NCBI RefSeq assembly: GCF_006345805.1
Contig: NC_043012.1
Coordinates: 40,486,001 to 40,550,000, forward strand
From: Octopus sinensis
Lineage: Eukaryota
DNA: 64,000 nt
Direction of reading: 5' to 3'
The notes below the pieces were generated by a model. That model saw only the letters and a program-made list of their open reading frames with translations. It was not told where the DNA came from and searched no databases. The position numbers and the translations under genes were made by a program. Positions 50,700-63,210 of the stretch are shown one piece after another; within the stretch, counting starts at the first letter, position 1; each line of letters starts with the position of its first letter.

Positions 50700-51095
50700 T
50701 GTGTGTGTGTGTATGTGTTTATGTATGTATGTATGTATGTATGTATGTATGTATGCATGCATGTATGCATGCATGCATGTATGTATGTATGTATGTATGT
50801 ATGTATGTATTTATGCATGCATGCATGCATGCATGCATGTATGTATGTATGTATGCATGCATGCATATATGTATGTGTGTATGTATGTATGTATGTATGT
50901 ATGCATGCATATATGTATGTATGCATGTATGTATGTATGTATTTATGCATGCATGTATGTATGTATGTATGTATGTATGCATGCATGCATATATGTATGT
51001 GAGTATGTATGTATGTATGTATGCATGCATATATGTATGTATGCATGTATGTATGCATGTATGTATGTATGTATGTATGTATGTGTGTGTGTGTG
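50700..51095. repeat. (TATG/CATG)n tetranucleotide array
   Basis: Direct reading. Confidence 0.95.
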
Positions 51096-51406
51096 AGAAA
51101 TAGACAGGCAGACACACCTTGATTAGTGATGCAATGAATCACCATCCTCCAATACACACACACACACAATCGAACCGGTGTGTTAATTGATAAGGCATTA
51201 AAACAGAATGACTCTCCACAGACACTGTGTGTGTGTGTAACGATCGATCTGTACAGGTGCAGTATTCACCTGCATCTCCTGCTATCACTTCCTAAATCGT
51301 GATAAACCAAACGAGAAAGAACCAACTGAATCACCGTTTCTTGATCAGGATTTTAAACAGTCAACACTTGTTTTGTTTCCTCTTCTGACTCATCACAATT
51401 TCTCGC

Positions 51407-51468
<62 letters not shown>

Positions 51469-51845
51469 AACCATGTGTGTATTTATGTCTTTATATACTA
51501 ACCAATCAGGGGTATTTTTCTTTTTTTTCATTTTTAATATCGGGCCACACCACTAAAATTATGCGAGGTAATTTTTTTGTTAGTTCTGATATTCAGAACG
51601 TTCCGCGAGCTTCAGTCTTCCGTGACTGATATAAACTTATGTATATCTGTCTGTCTGTCTGTCTATCTGCCTTCCTTCCTTCCTTCATCCATGCAAAGAT
51701 AAATGTATTTCGTTATCGTAACTTGGTACATCCGCAAGTCTGCAACCAAAAAACATTAAATAAAATGTGTATTTTGACTTAATTGGCTCTCTATTTCTAA
51801 GTGGTGGCCATCAGGGTTCGTCTGAATTTGGATTATATTATATAT

Positions 51846-51895
<50 letters not shown>

Positions 51896-52483
51896 AATAT
51901 ATATATATATACACACACATTACACACACACATTGTTTCATCTGGTATAAAAGATGGGCTACAGCAAATATTCTGCTCAATACCACAGATTTGCTTGTCA
52001 GTTGTTTGACCTTAGCCAGTTGAGCATGTCCCTTAGTGGCTGACGATATGTGCATCTCTGATCACGAGCAGAAATAGTGGGGGAGCATCACAGCCATGTG
52101 TTGAGAGGGATTCTTTGGGGTTTGGATAATTCACCTCTGGGAACATGAGTGTTTTGTTCAACATCCTTAAACAACCCTTATTGAGGGATCTTTTGAGCAG
52201 GATGGGCTACTCGACCTGAAGAAAATTCTAACTGGGCCCCACCTGCAAGGTTATGCGCTGTTTATTTTGGTATAATATCACCATGTCGCGCACATGTGGT
52301 TGTGATGCATGAGTCTGATGTACCCTTATCAGACGGGTAGTCACGATGGGTATACTGAGCTTCGTATATTTTTGATGGCATGCGCTACTCTCTCACTCAA
52401 CAATAATAATAATAATATTTTCTACTCTAGGCACAAGGCAATAATAATAATAATAATAAAATAATAATGATGATAATAGTATA

Positions 52484-52643
52484 TAGCTGTGTGGTAAGAA
52501 GCTTGCTTCCCAACCACATGGTTCCGGGTTCAGTCCCATTGCGTGACACCTTGGGCAAGTGTCATCTACAATAGTCTCGCGCCGACCAAAGCCTTGTGAG
52601 TGGATTTGGTAGACAGTATTTCTCCATTTTCTTATCTTGTGTG

Positions 52644-52684
<41 letters not shown>

Positions 52685-53090
52685 TATAGATAGATAGATC
52701 TGTAAATGTAATATGTGACAATTATTCAGTAGCCATGATAAAACTCTGAGTTTTCGGAGTTTCATCTTGGCTACCGAATAATTGTCACATATTACATTTA
52801 CAGATAAATCCCTCTAATTACATATTGAGGTATCTTTCATTCTTTTGTGGTCTTACCATTTCTATCAATATATATATATGTGTGTGTGTGTGTGTGTATT
52901 TGTCTCGCCACCATCATTTGACAACCAGTGTTGGTGCGTTAACGTCCTCCGTAACTTAGCGGTTCTGCAAAAGACACCGATAGAATAAGTACTAGGCCTA
53001 CAAAGAATAAGCCCTGGGGTCGATTTGCTCGACTAAAGGCGGTGCTCCAGCATGGCCGCAGTCAAATGACCGAAACAAGTAAAAGAATAT
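52484..53090 (+). mobile_element. SINE A with a hairpin insert in its microsatellite spacer
   Basis: A-left 52484-52615 and A-right ~52890-53090. Confidence 0.85.
52698..52805. repeat. 108-nt hairpin, 49-bp arms with 3 mismatches
   Basis: atctgtaaatgtaatatgtgacaattattc.gtagcca.gat.aaactc and its reverse complement. Confidence 0.95.
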
Positions 53091-53390
53091 ATATATATGA
53101 GAGAGAGAGACAGAGAGAGAGAGAGAGAATAATAAAAAAAATCCTTGGATGGAATTCATGACCATTTAATGCCATGTGATACATTAAATGTTTATGAATC
53201 GCGTCGAAGGACAATTATTGTTATTACTATATTCATCGAACATTACATCGGTACAGCTCGATGCAACCTTACCTAAAACCTAAAACTGGTTCACCAGTCA
53301 GCATCATTAGACTGTGGCCGGCATAATGGAACGGAAGCTTAATTTGCATGTTTAAAACGTTTCGCGTAAACAAATTTAAAAGACACACAG

Positions 53391-53421
<31 letters not shown>

Positions 53422-53885
53422 TCTTTTTACTTGTTTCTGTCATTTGACTGTGGCCATGCTGGAGCACCGCCTTTAGTCGAGCAAATCGACCCCAGAAGTT
53501 ATTCTTTGTTAGCCTAGTACTTATTCTATCTGTCTCTTTTGCCGAACCGCTAAGTGAAGGGGACGTCAACACACCAGCATCGGTTATCAAGTGATGTTGG
53601 GGGGGGGGGCAACACACACTCACATAATCGACTAGCCCCTCTCTCCAGAAGTTTTCAAGGCCTTGGGCCCAGAGTAGAAAACATTGTTACACAGATGTAA
53701 AGACGGCGAGGTGGCAGAATCCTTAGCACGCCGGGCGAGATTCTTAGCGGTATTTCGCCCGTCGCCACGTTCTGAGTTCGAATCCCGCCGAGGTCGGCTT
53801 TGCTTTTCATCCATTCGGGGTCGATTAAATAAGTACCAGTTACGCACTGGGGTCGATGTAATCGACTTAATCCCCTCCCCCAAGC
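53422..53885. mobile_element. SINE cluster: A 3' half (53422-53622, minus) and SINE B (53701-53885, plus)
   Basis: Matches to the local consensus sequences. Confidence 0.85.
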
Positions 53886-54190
53886 TGCCCTTGTACTAGA
53901 TCTGACAAAACCGGTCTATTTTCCAATGTCTTTATTTTTGCACAAAGTGAAATCTTATAAAATTCGAATTAAATTAAGATTTTATGATCGTAGTGGTTTG
54001 AGACACGAAATAAAGAAGTCAGCGTGTATCAATATCATATGCTACACGAGGTTTTTGTGTTCCTTCATCCTCTTCCATTGACAAACTGTAACATCTGTGT
54101 GCGAGTGTCCTAGATATGATATTAAATTGCATCCGGTTGTGAGGTTCCGGTTTGGGAATTCCGGAGAGCGTAGAATCACCCCATACTTAC

Positions 54191-54286
54191 CATTTCGCCC
54201 AGGTCCGTTCTAACCTGGAACGGTAGCAGCTGTCTGGGTCCCGTCCATAAGTTAAATAGATTTCTCAGCGCAGAGGAGGCGCCCAT
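54191..54286 (-). CDS. candidate first coding exon of an unidentified gene (MGASSALRNLFNLWTGPRQLLPFQVRTDLGEM)
   Basis: aaaATGG start context, 32 open codons, phase-0 donor ATG|GTAAGTATG at 54190, inside a unique, relatively CpG-rich island. No homology recognised. Confidence 0.3.
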
Positions 54287-54870
54287 TTTTCTTTTCTTTT
54301 TTTTTTTTCACGAAGACCAGAGGGAAGGCAGCTTTTTTTGGAGAAAGATACTCTGACATACAAATTTTAGTCAAAACAATCTTAATCATCTTGAAATGTC
54401 TGTCACTGGAATTTAAAATGGCGATCGAGAGAGTGGCAAAAGTGTAGGACAAGCTTTTGTCACTTCAATCCAAGGACGCCCGTATGCCTCGTGTCATTTC
54501 ATTTCTTGTTCCGTTTTGTAATTTTTAATATCCTACGCCGATATATTCGTGGCTAATCGCGTACATGCAGGACGGAAGGAAATCGGGACAATTAGGCAGA
54601 GTGTTAGACGGCGATCATCCGACAATTTGAGGCGATCATCACGCACTACACACACGGTACACACACACACGGTACACACACACACACTCAGCCGCACGCG
54701 CATACTCAGACACATCATGTGATGGGTTACACTGGAAGCATACTCTCTCCACCAGGGATAATATTAGAATGCATGAATTACAATAATTAATGTTTAAAAT
54801 TTTTTGGTACTTATACAAAGAGATGAAATAAATACTAATTTTCGAAATGTATATATACGTGGAGCCTGTC

Positions 54871-54904
<34 letters not shown>

Positions 54905-55200
54905 GTGGAGGCGCAATGGCCCAGTGGTTAGGGCAGCGGACTCGCGGTCGGAGGATCGCAGTTTCGATTCCCAGACCGGGCGTTGTGTGTGTTTATTGAG
55001 CGAAAACACCTAAAAAGCTCCACGAGGCTCCGGCAGGGGGGGGGTGATCCCTGCTGTACTCTTTCTCCCACTTTCTTCAGTTGGCCTGCTCGCTTAGCCA
55101 GCGGGGTGGCGTCGTTCAAAGGCTAAAACAATGCGAACGCATTGTGACCAGCGATGTGTAGCAACATCTGATTGTCTGGTCAGTCACGCGATCACGTGAT
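54905..55200 (+). mobile_element. SINE head C + tail iii
   Basis: gtggaggcgcaatggcccagtgg...ttggcctgctcgcttagccagc...gcaacatctg. Confidence 0.9.
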
Positions 55201-55240
55201 ATATACACGTATATACACACACACGTGGAGCCTGTCGTAT

Positions 55241-55271
<31 letters not shown>

Positions 55272-55959
55272 GTTGTGTGTCTGTTTGTCCCCCGCCACTG
55301 CTTGATAGGCCGACAGTCCAATTCCTTCCCTAATCTTGCTGGCCTAGTACCAAAATGTGAAATCATCATCATTATTATTATAGTAATGGATTGGTCAAAT
55401 CTTTAAAGTATTGTCCAATCGGCCAATTGTCTGCACTTGGAATTACCGAAGTTGATCCGACTCACTTCGTGGGTTGTAATGACATGGAATATTAAATCTT
55501 AAGAATTTTGTAACGATAAGGACTGAAAAGGGTCAGAATTTGGCTTAGGTAAATCATTGCCGAGAATGAAACTCATGAATCCTAAGATACAGTCTTCGGT
55601 GACGCAGTAATTTTAATAATGATTATATAATTATAATCCATTAATAAATAACATTTTCAGTTATTTTGAAAGCGGAAAAATAATTGAAATGTCATCGAAA
55701 ATGTCAGTTAGAGCAAGACACACACACACATACCCATGCGCACGCATGCTCACTCATTCACACACACACACACCACACACACACACACACAATATATATG
55801 CACTCTTTACACTCATACATTCATGGATACACAAACATCCACTATAATGGAAGCAAACGACGCATACTTATAAATACACACACTCACAAACAAATATACA
55901 AATTCACATACATACGTGCTCAAGGACATAGAAACATACGTACGTAGACATACTCTCTC

Positions 55960-55961
55960 TC

Positions 55962-55998
<37 letters not shown>

Positions 55999-56720
55999 CG
56001 TTCATAACATACACAAGCACATGTAGAGATACGCACATACACTCTCACTCACACACACACATCTCTCTCCCTCTCACTCACACACGTCTCTCTCCCTCTC
56101 ACTCACACACGTCTCTCTCCCTCTCACTCACACACCTCTCTCTCTCTCTCACTAACTCACACACATCTCTCTCTCCCTCACACACATCTCTCTTTCACTC
56201 ACACACGTCTCTCCCTCTCACTCACACACGTCTCTCTCCCTCTCACTCACACACGTCTCTCTCCCTCTCACTCACACACCTCTCTCTCTCTCTCACTAAC
56301 TCACACACATCTCTCTCTCCCTCACACACATCTCTCTTTCACTCACACACGTCTCTCTCTCTCACTCAAACACGTCTCTCTCCCTCTCAGTCACACACGT
56401 CTCTCTCCCTCTCACTCACACATCTCTCTCTTTCTCTCACTCACACACATCTCTCTCTCTCACTCACACACATCTCTCTCCCTCTCACTCACACATCTCT
56501 CTCTTTCTCTCACTCACACACATCTCTCTCTCTCTCTCTCTCACTCACACACACCTCTCTCTCTATCTCTCTCCCACTCACACACGTCTCTCTCCCACTC
56601 ACACACGTCTCTCTCCCTCTCAGTCACACACGTCTCTCTCCCTCTCAGTCACACACGTCTCTCTCCCTCTCACTCACACATCTCTCTCTCTCACTCACAC
56701 ACATCTCTCTCTCTCTCTCA
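55960..56720. repeat. compound (CT)n(CA)n minisatellite, ~25-bp unit, ~144-bp higher-order duplication
   Basis: Block containing cactaactcacacacatctc recurs at ~56150 and ~56294. Confidence 0.85.
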
Positions 56721-58509
56721 CTCACTCTCACATACATACAAACATGGCGCACAAATATCCAGTATATTTGAAGCGAAGGATGAATACTTATACACACACA
56801 CACACCCGCACACAAACGCATCTCTATACACACTCGTACTGCATTTATTAAAATCCAAGAACACGTATGTGTACACATGCACATTCCCCCCTCTCTCACA
56901 TCCGCATACAAGCGCGCCTATATACACTCACTGCATTTATTGCAATCCCAAAACGTATGAATACATGCACATACACGCAAATACTCACACACACATACAT
57001 ATTCACACTCACACTCACACTCACACTCACACACAGACAGTCTAAACCCATGTAAAGCAGACGACACATGAAGCCTTGTATTGTTGGACATCGATTTTAT
57101 CATAACAGATTGTTTTGTCGTAAATCAAAGATAATCTATCGGGGAATTCTTAAGTCTAATTTATCGCCTTTTTAATGTCATTTTTCTGTCATAAAATAAT
57201 GATTTCACGGCCATAATTCTTAACATCATCCACCGAAATGTTCGCTCTATAACTAAATAATGAACAGGGATTTTTGGCCGAGGTTGCCAAGCGATGTGAT
57301 TATTGCCTTCCTCTTTCGGCATAATCCAGAGACGTGAGTCTTTTATTATTACTTCAGTAAATACGTTGTACACACCTCGCTGGTGAGGTTGTAATGCGGC
57401 TGGAAAAGGTATAGAGTTGTCTGCCCCACTTGCGGAAGTCGTCCAACTAATTTTCTGGATCGTCTACTGTTTTCGACGATGAGCGTTCAGTCCGATTAGC
57501 TGTGGCGTGTGAAGTGGTTGAGTATTCCACGGACAAATGTGCTCTTAGCGTACTTCTCGATGAGTATCAGCATGACACTGTATGTAACAAGAATTGACGT
57601 TTTGACTTACTGGTACAATCCACATAACGGGCTTTCTCAGTTTTCATCGTTTTCAACCAACTTGACTCACAAGACTTGGGTCGACTCGAGACTGTAGTAA
57701 AATTCACTTACCCTTGTTGTCTTGTGCTGGAATCGAACCGGGGATCTAATGTTTACGAAGCTAACTTCTGAACCATTAAGCTACACTACTACCACGAACT
57801 AATTAATACGTTAACCGCCACATGTGCTACCAGTGGTTCATCGCAAACTTCACGCAACCGCCATATTTCACCATCGGTGGTATGTTTTTAATAATTTGAA
57901 AAAATATTCCATTTTGCATCTTTGACTTGGTTTCGAAGATATTTAAATAACATGAGTGCTAAATATTAAAGTTTAATAATGAAATATTATGAAAATGTCA
58001 CAAAAAAATGATAAAACCCAAAACATTTCCTTGTAATTTAACAGTATGTGGTATGACCAAAAATATTTAGCGTCATCAGAAAGTTCCAGTAACGTGTTAA
58101 ACCAATTTTGATTTCTGAAATAAGCCCAATGCCTCAGTGAAGAGGTGTGGGTAGTTATAACCAGCGCTAAACCTAACTCACCAACCCTCCATAAATAAAA
58201 AGTTAAATTAACTTCGTCTGTATTTGTACTGATGACACAAAAAGATGTTATTAAGGAATTAGATAACACAAAGTACCATTAATTATTAACAAATGTTGCT
58301 TTTTATTTTCTCTCTTACCAAATAATTAGTTTAGCTTCCTAATGCTTCGCACATGAACTATTTTAATACTAATGACCGTCTTAATTATACTTGCATAATG
58401 TTTAATAGAGTATTTGTTTCCTTCGGAGATCAATATGGGTCAGTTAGAAGCAGTTATTTCGGTTCCTCAATCTTTGGAGAGGAAAAAACAGCTAAAATTG
58501 TGCCAAATA

Positions 58510-58559
<50 letters not shown>

Positions 58560-58573
58560 TACATCACAGACAT

Positions 58574-58708
58574 AATACGGAATTAACAAGATTTGTTATT
58601 CAAAACCACTGCAACTGCCTCGACGCAATCTTGCATTTGTAGTTCATGCACGAATGCGTCGAAACGATTGTAGTGGTTCTGAATAAAGAATCTCGTTAAT
58701 TCCGTATT
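58574..58708. repeat. 135-bp fold-back containing a GAAAC-gatt-GTA motif
   Basis: aatacggaattaac.agatt..ttattca.aaccact.caa...tcgacgca and its reverse complement. Confidence 0.85.
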
Positions 58709-59269
58709 CTGTCTTAGATTATCACGGGTTTCAGATGGAGAGGCTTGGACGTATGCCGTACTTCCCTAAGCCTTGTCCTCCAGGTCTTTCCATCTCATAC
58801 TAATTTTGAAAATCATGAAAATAAGAAACCGGTTAAATTAATTCAGACAAATCATTTTAAAAACTCCAATAACATTTTCAACCTTTCTTTATACTTTTAT
58901 TTATGTATGTATGTATGTATGTATGTATGTATGTATGTATGTATGTATGTATGTATGTATGTATGTATGTATGCATGCATGCATGCGTGTACACACACAC
59001 ACACACACACACACATTCGCACACACAGTGGATGCTGGCTACTGATGATGCTCAGGAAGCAGAAATCTAAATTAAGCAATTCAGTGACCGCTGCTGGATG
59101 CTTTTCATCTGCTGCTGATGCATTTCTGTGCTTTTTAGCACTATACGTTTATTTCTCGTTTCGAATACCAGTTTTCTGGCTTTCTACAGTATGTTCACGT
59201 TAAGTTCGATACACGGAGTGCTATTTTGAAATAATACTGCTTCCGTCGCTAACAACGAACACACACACA

Positions 59270-59271
59270 CG

Positions 59272-59348
<77 letters not shown>

Positions 59349-59757
59349 TGCCGCTGAGGCTACAAGTCAGAGCTTCGACTTCAGTTATTTCAGAAGTTAC
59401 CCTTCATCGTCCTCTTCCACATATATTCTCTTCAGTTTCCGAGATTGATGAATCATACATACAGTGTGTGTGTGCGCGCAAAAATTTCCCCAAAGTCGCA
59501 CTTATATATGTCTTTGCGTGTACGCGCGCTTATGTGCGCGCAGTTAACGACTACTGTTTATACAAGATGAATATTTATGTAAAAGCGTTTGTGTGTATAA
59601 TAAATACACACACAAACATGTATGTATATATGTCTATATATGTCTATAAACAGACACTCGCACGCAAATCAACATACTGTATCATACACACCCGTTCCAA
59701 GAATCACATATAGTGTTAATCTAAATGTGGTGTGTGTGTGTGTGTATACGCTCGTGA

Positions 59758-59799
<42 letters not shown>

Positions 59800-59802
59800 T
59801 AT

Positions 59803-59853
<51 letters not shown>

Positions 59854-59904
59854 TACATATATACGTATATATATATACATTTATATATATACATACATAT
59901 ACAT

Positions 59905-59946
<42 letters not shown>

Positions 59947-59955
59947 CATATATAC

Positions 59956-59996
<41 letters not shown>

Positions 59997-60052
59997 TACA
60001 TATATACGTATATATATATACATTTATATATATACATAACATATACATATAC

Positions 60053-60138
<86 letters not shown>

Positions 60139-60140
60139 AC
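59270..60140. repeat. (TA)n tracts (59273-59345 and 59750-60140), the latter with duplicated CA interruptions
   Basis: Direct reading. Confidence 0.9.
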
Positions 60141-60619
60141 ACAAAATGAGTAATGGCACCCACGACCAAAATAGCGAAGACCGATAACAAAAAAGAATCT
60201 AATTATTCTTTCTTCGCTGCTTACCATTTTAATCCGTAAATAACAGTGTTTTATGCAAAATGCAGGAAATATTTATTTTTATTGTTAACTTATTTCACAT
60301 ATGTTTCTGTCAGCCATCTTGTAAAGACAGAACCGGAAGGAGGAAATCCGTTGAAGACTTGCACAGTTTTTTGTTAAAAATTTTTTTAAGAATAAAAGGA
60401 GCCTCCGTCGCTTCCAGTGATGAATATTTAAGGTATTTGATCAACTGAAAAGCCTATGTTTAGAAAAATAGTGATTGGCGGAGTATTCCAGAGACTGGAG
60501 TACACTTAATGTAATTTTCAGACACTAACAACAATGGTCTTTTCGATTAGATGTACAGTACGTTCAATAGGTTTACAGTTTTACTTAATTACACCTACTT
60601 TTTTCTCTCTCTCTCTTTC

Positions 60620-60651
<32 letters not shown>

Positions 60652-61487
60652 GTGTGTGTGTGTGTGTGTGTGTGTGTGCATTCATACATATTACACAAGA
60701 CTGGACCTCTTTTCGTCAATTTAGAAGTCATCTGGCACTCTCAGACAGATCCAACATAAAGGCAATACTGCTTGTCTTGTGCGAGTTATTAATTCAATTA
60801 ATGCGTCTACTCTAATTTATGTATTGAGTGCTTTGCCTTCAGGCGTTCAAACGGAAACAAAATTTACATTATATATAACGGTGTAGCTCTTCAGATGATT
60901 CAGGTCAGAAATATTAGATCCTAGAAGAGGTAGATCCTGATTCAACTCTTCGAAACTTTAAGTGATGTGAGGTTCAGTTAACCAGTTAATACACTTAACT
61001 CTCATACTGTTGGGTGATCCTTTTTTTTTCTTTTTCGTTTCTGCACATCTTTACTAATATAAGTGTGTGTGTGATTCTTAAAATGTCTGTCGAGATGAAT
61101 TGCGCCATCTTTTCCGGATGTTTTCGTCCTGAGTTCAAATACCATATTGGCGCCAAGATGGAATATTCAGGGAATATTCCCTAATGGTGATTGGCTAGCA
61201 TTTTTAGGTGGGGAAATACAATGTTTAGAGTGATATTAAGACCGTATCAGAAAAACTAGCAAACCCCGCGCAAAGGCATGATAAAAAATGGGCACAAAAT
61301 AAAATTTAAAAGAATACAGGTTGAAATCAAATCTTCATAAGTCACAATGTATTATTATTTCAGTGATTATAGACAAGAATTCAGCTTCCTACCGTTATGT
61401 AAATGAGTTAGTCACATGATTTAGTATTTCAATAAACAACGTTTAGTTACCCTTTAGGTGAGAGAATTTGGTGGATACTGTTGAACA

Positions 61488-61875
61488 GCGAAGGAGTGGC
61501 TGTGTGGTGAGTAGCTTGCTTACCAACCACATGGTTCCGGGTTCAGTCCCACTGCATGGTACCTTGGGCAAGTGTCTTCTACTATAGCCTCGGGCCGACC
61601 AAAGGTTTGTGAGTTGATTTGGTAGGCGGAAACTGAAAGAAGCCTGTCGTATATATGTATATATATGTGTTTGTGTGTGTGTGTTTGTCCCCCTAACATC
61701 GCTTGACAACCGATGCTGGTGTGTTTACGTCCCCGTCACCTAGCGGTTCGGCAAAAGACACCGATAGAATAAGTACTAGACTTACAAAGAATAAGTCCTG
61801 TGGTCGATTTGCTCGACTAAAGGCGGTGCTCCTGCATGGCCGCAGTGAAATGACTGAAACAAGTAAAAGAATAAA
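61488..61875 (+). mobile_element. SINE A, full length
   Basis: Both halves, short spacer. Confidence 0.95.
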
Positions 61876-62243
61876 TGCGCCTTGGAGTGAATACTAAGAA
61901 TGAGATGATTGGTTAATATCCATTATCTCAGTTGGTCACGCTTGGAGAGCCAGCCTAATGGCGGTTGCATCTGATAGAACCCTATTGTGGAGATGTTGAG
62001 GGACTCTACTCCCAAGACTCTCCCAGGCAAAGTAGGCGGTGAAGGTGGGTGGATAGAGGGTTGTTAAATACTTATACAACTGATCGATTCAATCAGGATC
62101 CTTAGCTACGGAAAAAAAATCCCATCGTGGGCCTAATTTGACAGCGAGGCTAAATTATTATAGAATTGCTTTAACTCTTTTATTTATTTCAGTCATTTGA
62201 CTGTGGCCATGCTTGAGCACTGGCATAATATATATATATATAT

Positions 62244-63210
62244 AGGTGAGGGAGTGGCTGTGTAGTAAGTAGCTTGCTTCATATGGTTTCGGGTTCAGTC
62301 CCACTGCGTAGCACCTTGGACAGGTGTCTTCTTTTATAGCGTCGGGCCGACCAAAGCCTTCTGAGTTAATTTGGTAGATGGAAACTGAAAGAAGCCCGTC
62401 GTATATATGTGTAACGAACTTAGTGAGTGAATATCTTCTCTTGTACTTTCGGGGTACAAGAAAGCAATCACTAGCCGTTGCTTTAATAATCCAGAATTCT
62501 ACCAGTCAGAAACAACAAGACGCAAACGTAATATATATATAACTACTTTATTCTCTTATGGTGAGTGATCAGTGGTATATCTGATGTCCTTGGTTCTGGG
62601 CGCGCAAGGCTGAAAGTTAATCGATTGTAATATTTACAATGTTCAGCCGCTAAAAACAGAACGGGTCAAAAATGGCGTCCGGAGGAAGAAGATGATGACT
62701 GCAACAATTCAGGTTAAAAGTCTTCGGCCGACTGCTATCAAATACGGACAGAGAGAATATACGTGTAGTACCTTCGATAGCCATGTCCCAAGTCGCCGCT
62801 GCTGCTGCTAGCGGTCAAACGTTCTACGACCCCCTTGCCTCGCTAACTGCTGCGTAGGCAATAGGGTTCTTCTTCCGGTGCTTCGCGCATGCGCGAGAGG
62901 GCCCTTCCTTTCTGTGCCTTGGTGAAGGCACCAACACTCGCACGCGCGAAATAGAAAATGGACGGTGCGCGCGCGCGCACCGTTATAGGATCACTACATA
63001 TGTATATGTATATATATGTGTGTGTGTGTGTGCGTTTGTATGTCTGTGTTTGTCCCCCCAGCATCGCCGGACAACTGATACTAGTGTGTTTACGTCTCCG
63101 TAACTTAGCGGTTCGGTAAAAGACACCGATAGAATAAGTACTAGGCTTACAAAGAATAGGGCCTGTAGTCGATGGCCGTAGTCAAATGACTGAAACAAGT
63201 AAAAGATATA
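62244..63210 (+). mobile_element. SINE A interrupted by a solo LTR in its spacer
   Basis: A-left to 62409; spacer and A-right resume at 62999. Confidence 0.85.
62410..62998 (-). mobile_element. solo LTR, 589 bp, CpG-rich, 4-bp TSD
   Basis: TGtaacga...tcactaCA flanked by TATG on both sides. Minus-strand AATAAA at ~62548, so orientation is tentative. Confidence 0.8.

Noticed and set aside
51940-52395. Compositionally distinct 450-bp block that looks like an interspersed repeat
   Set aside because: Single copy in this window, with no termini or TSD I can demonstrate.
59273-60227. Long YI/HT/CV-rich ORFs here and throughout the track
   Set aside because: Stop-free translations of (TA)n, (CA)n and (TATG)n microsatellites.
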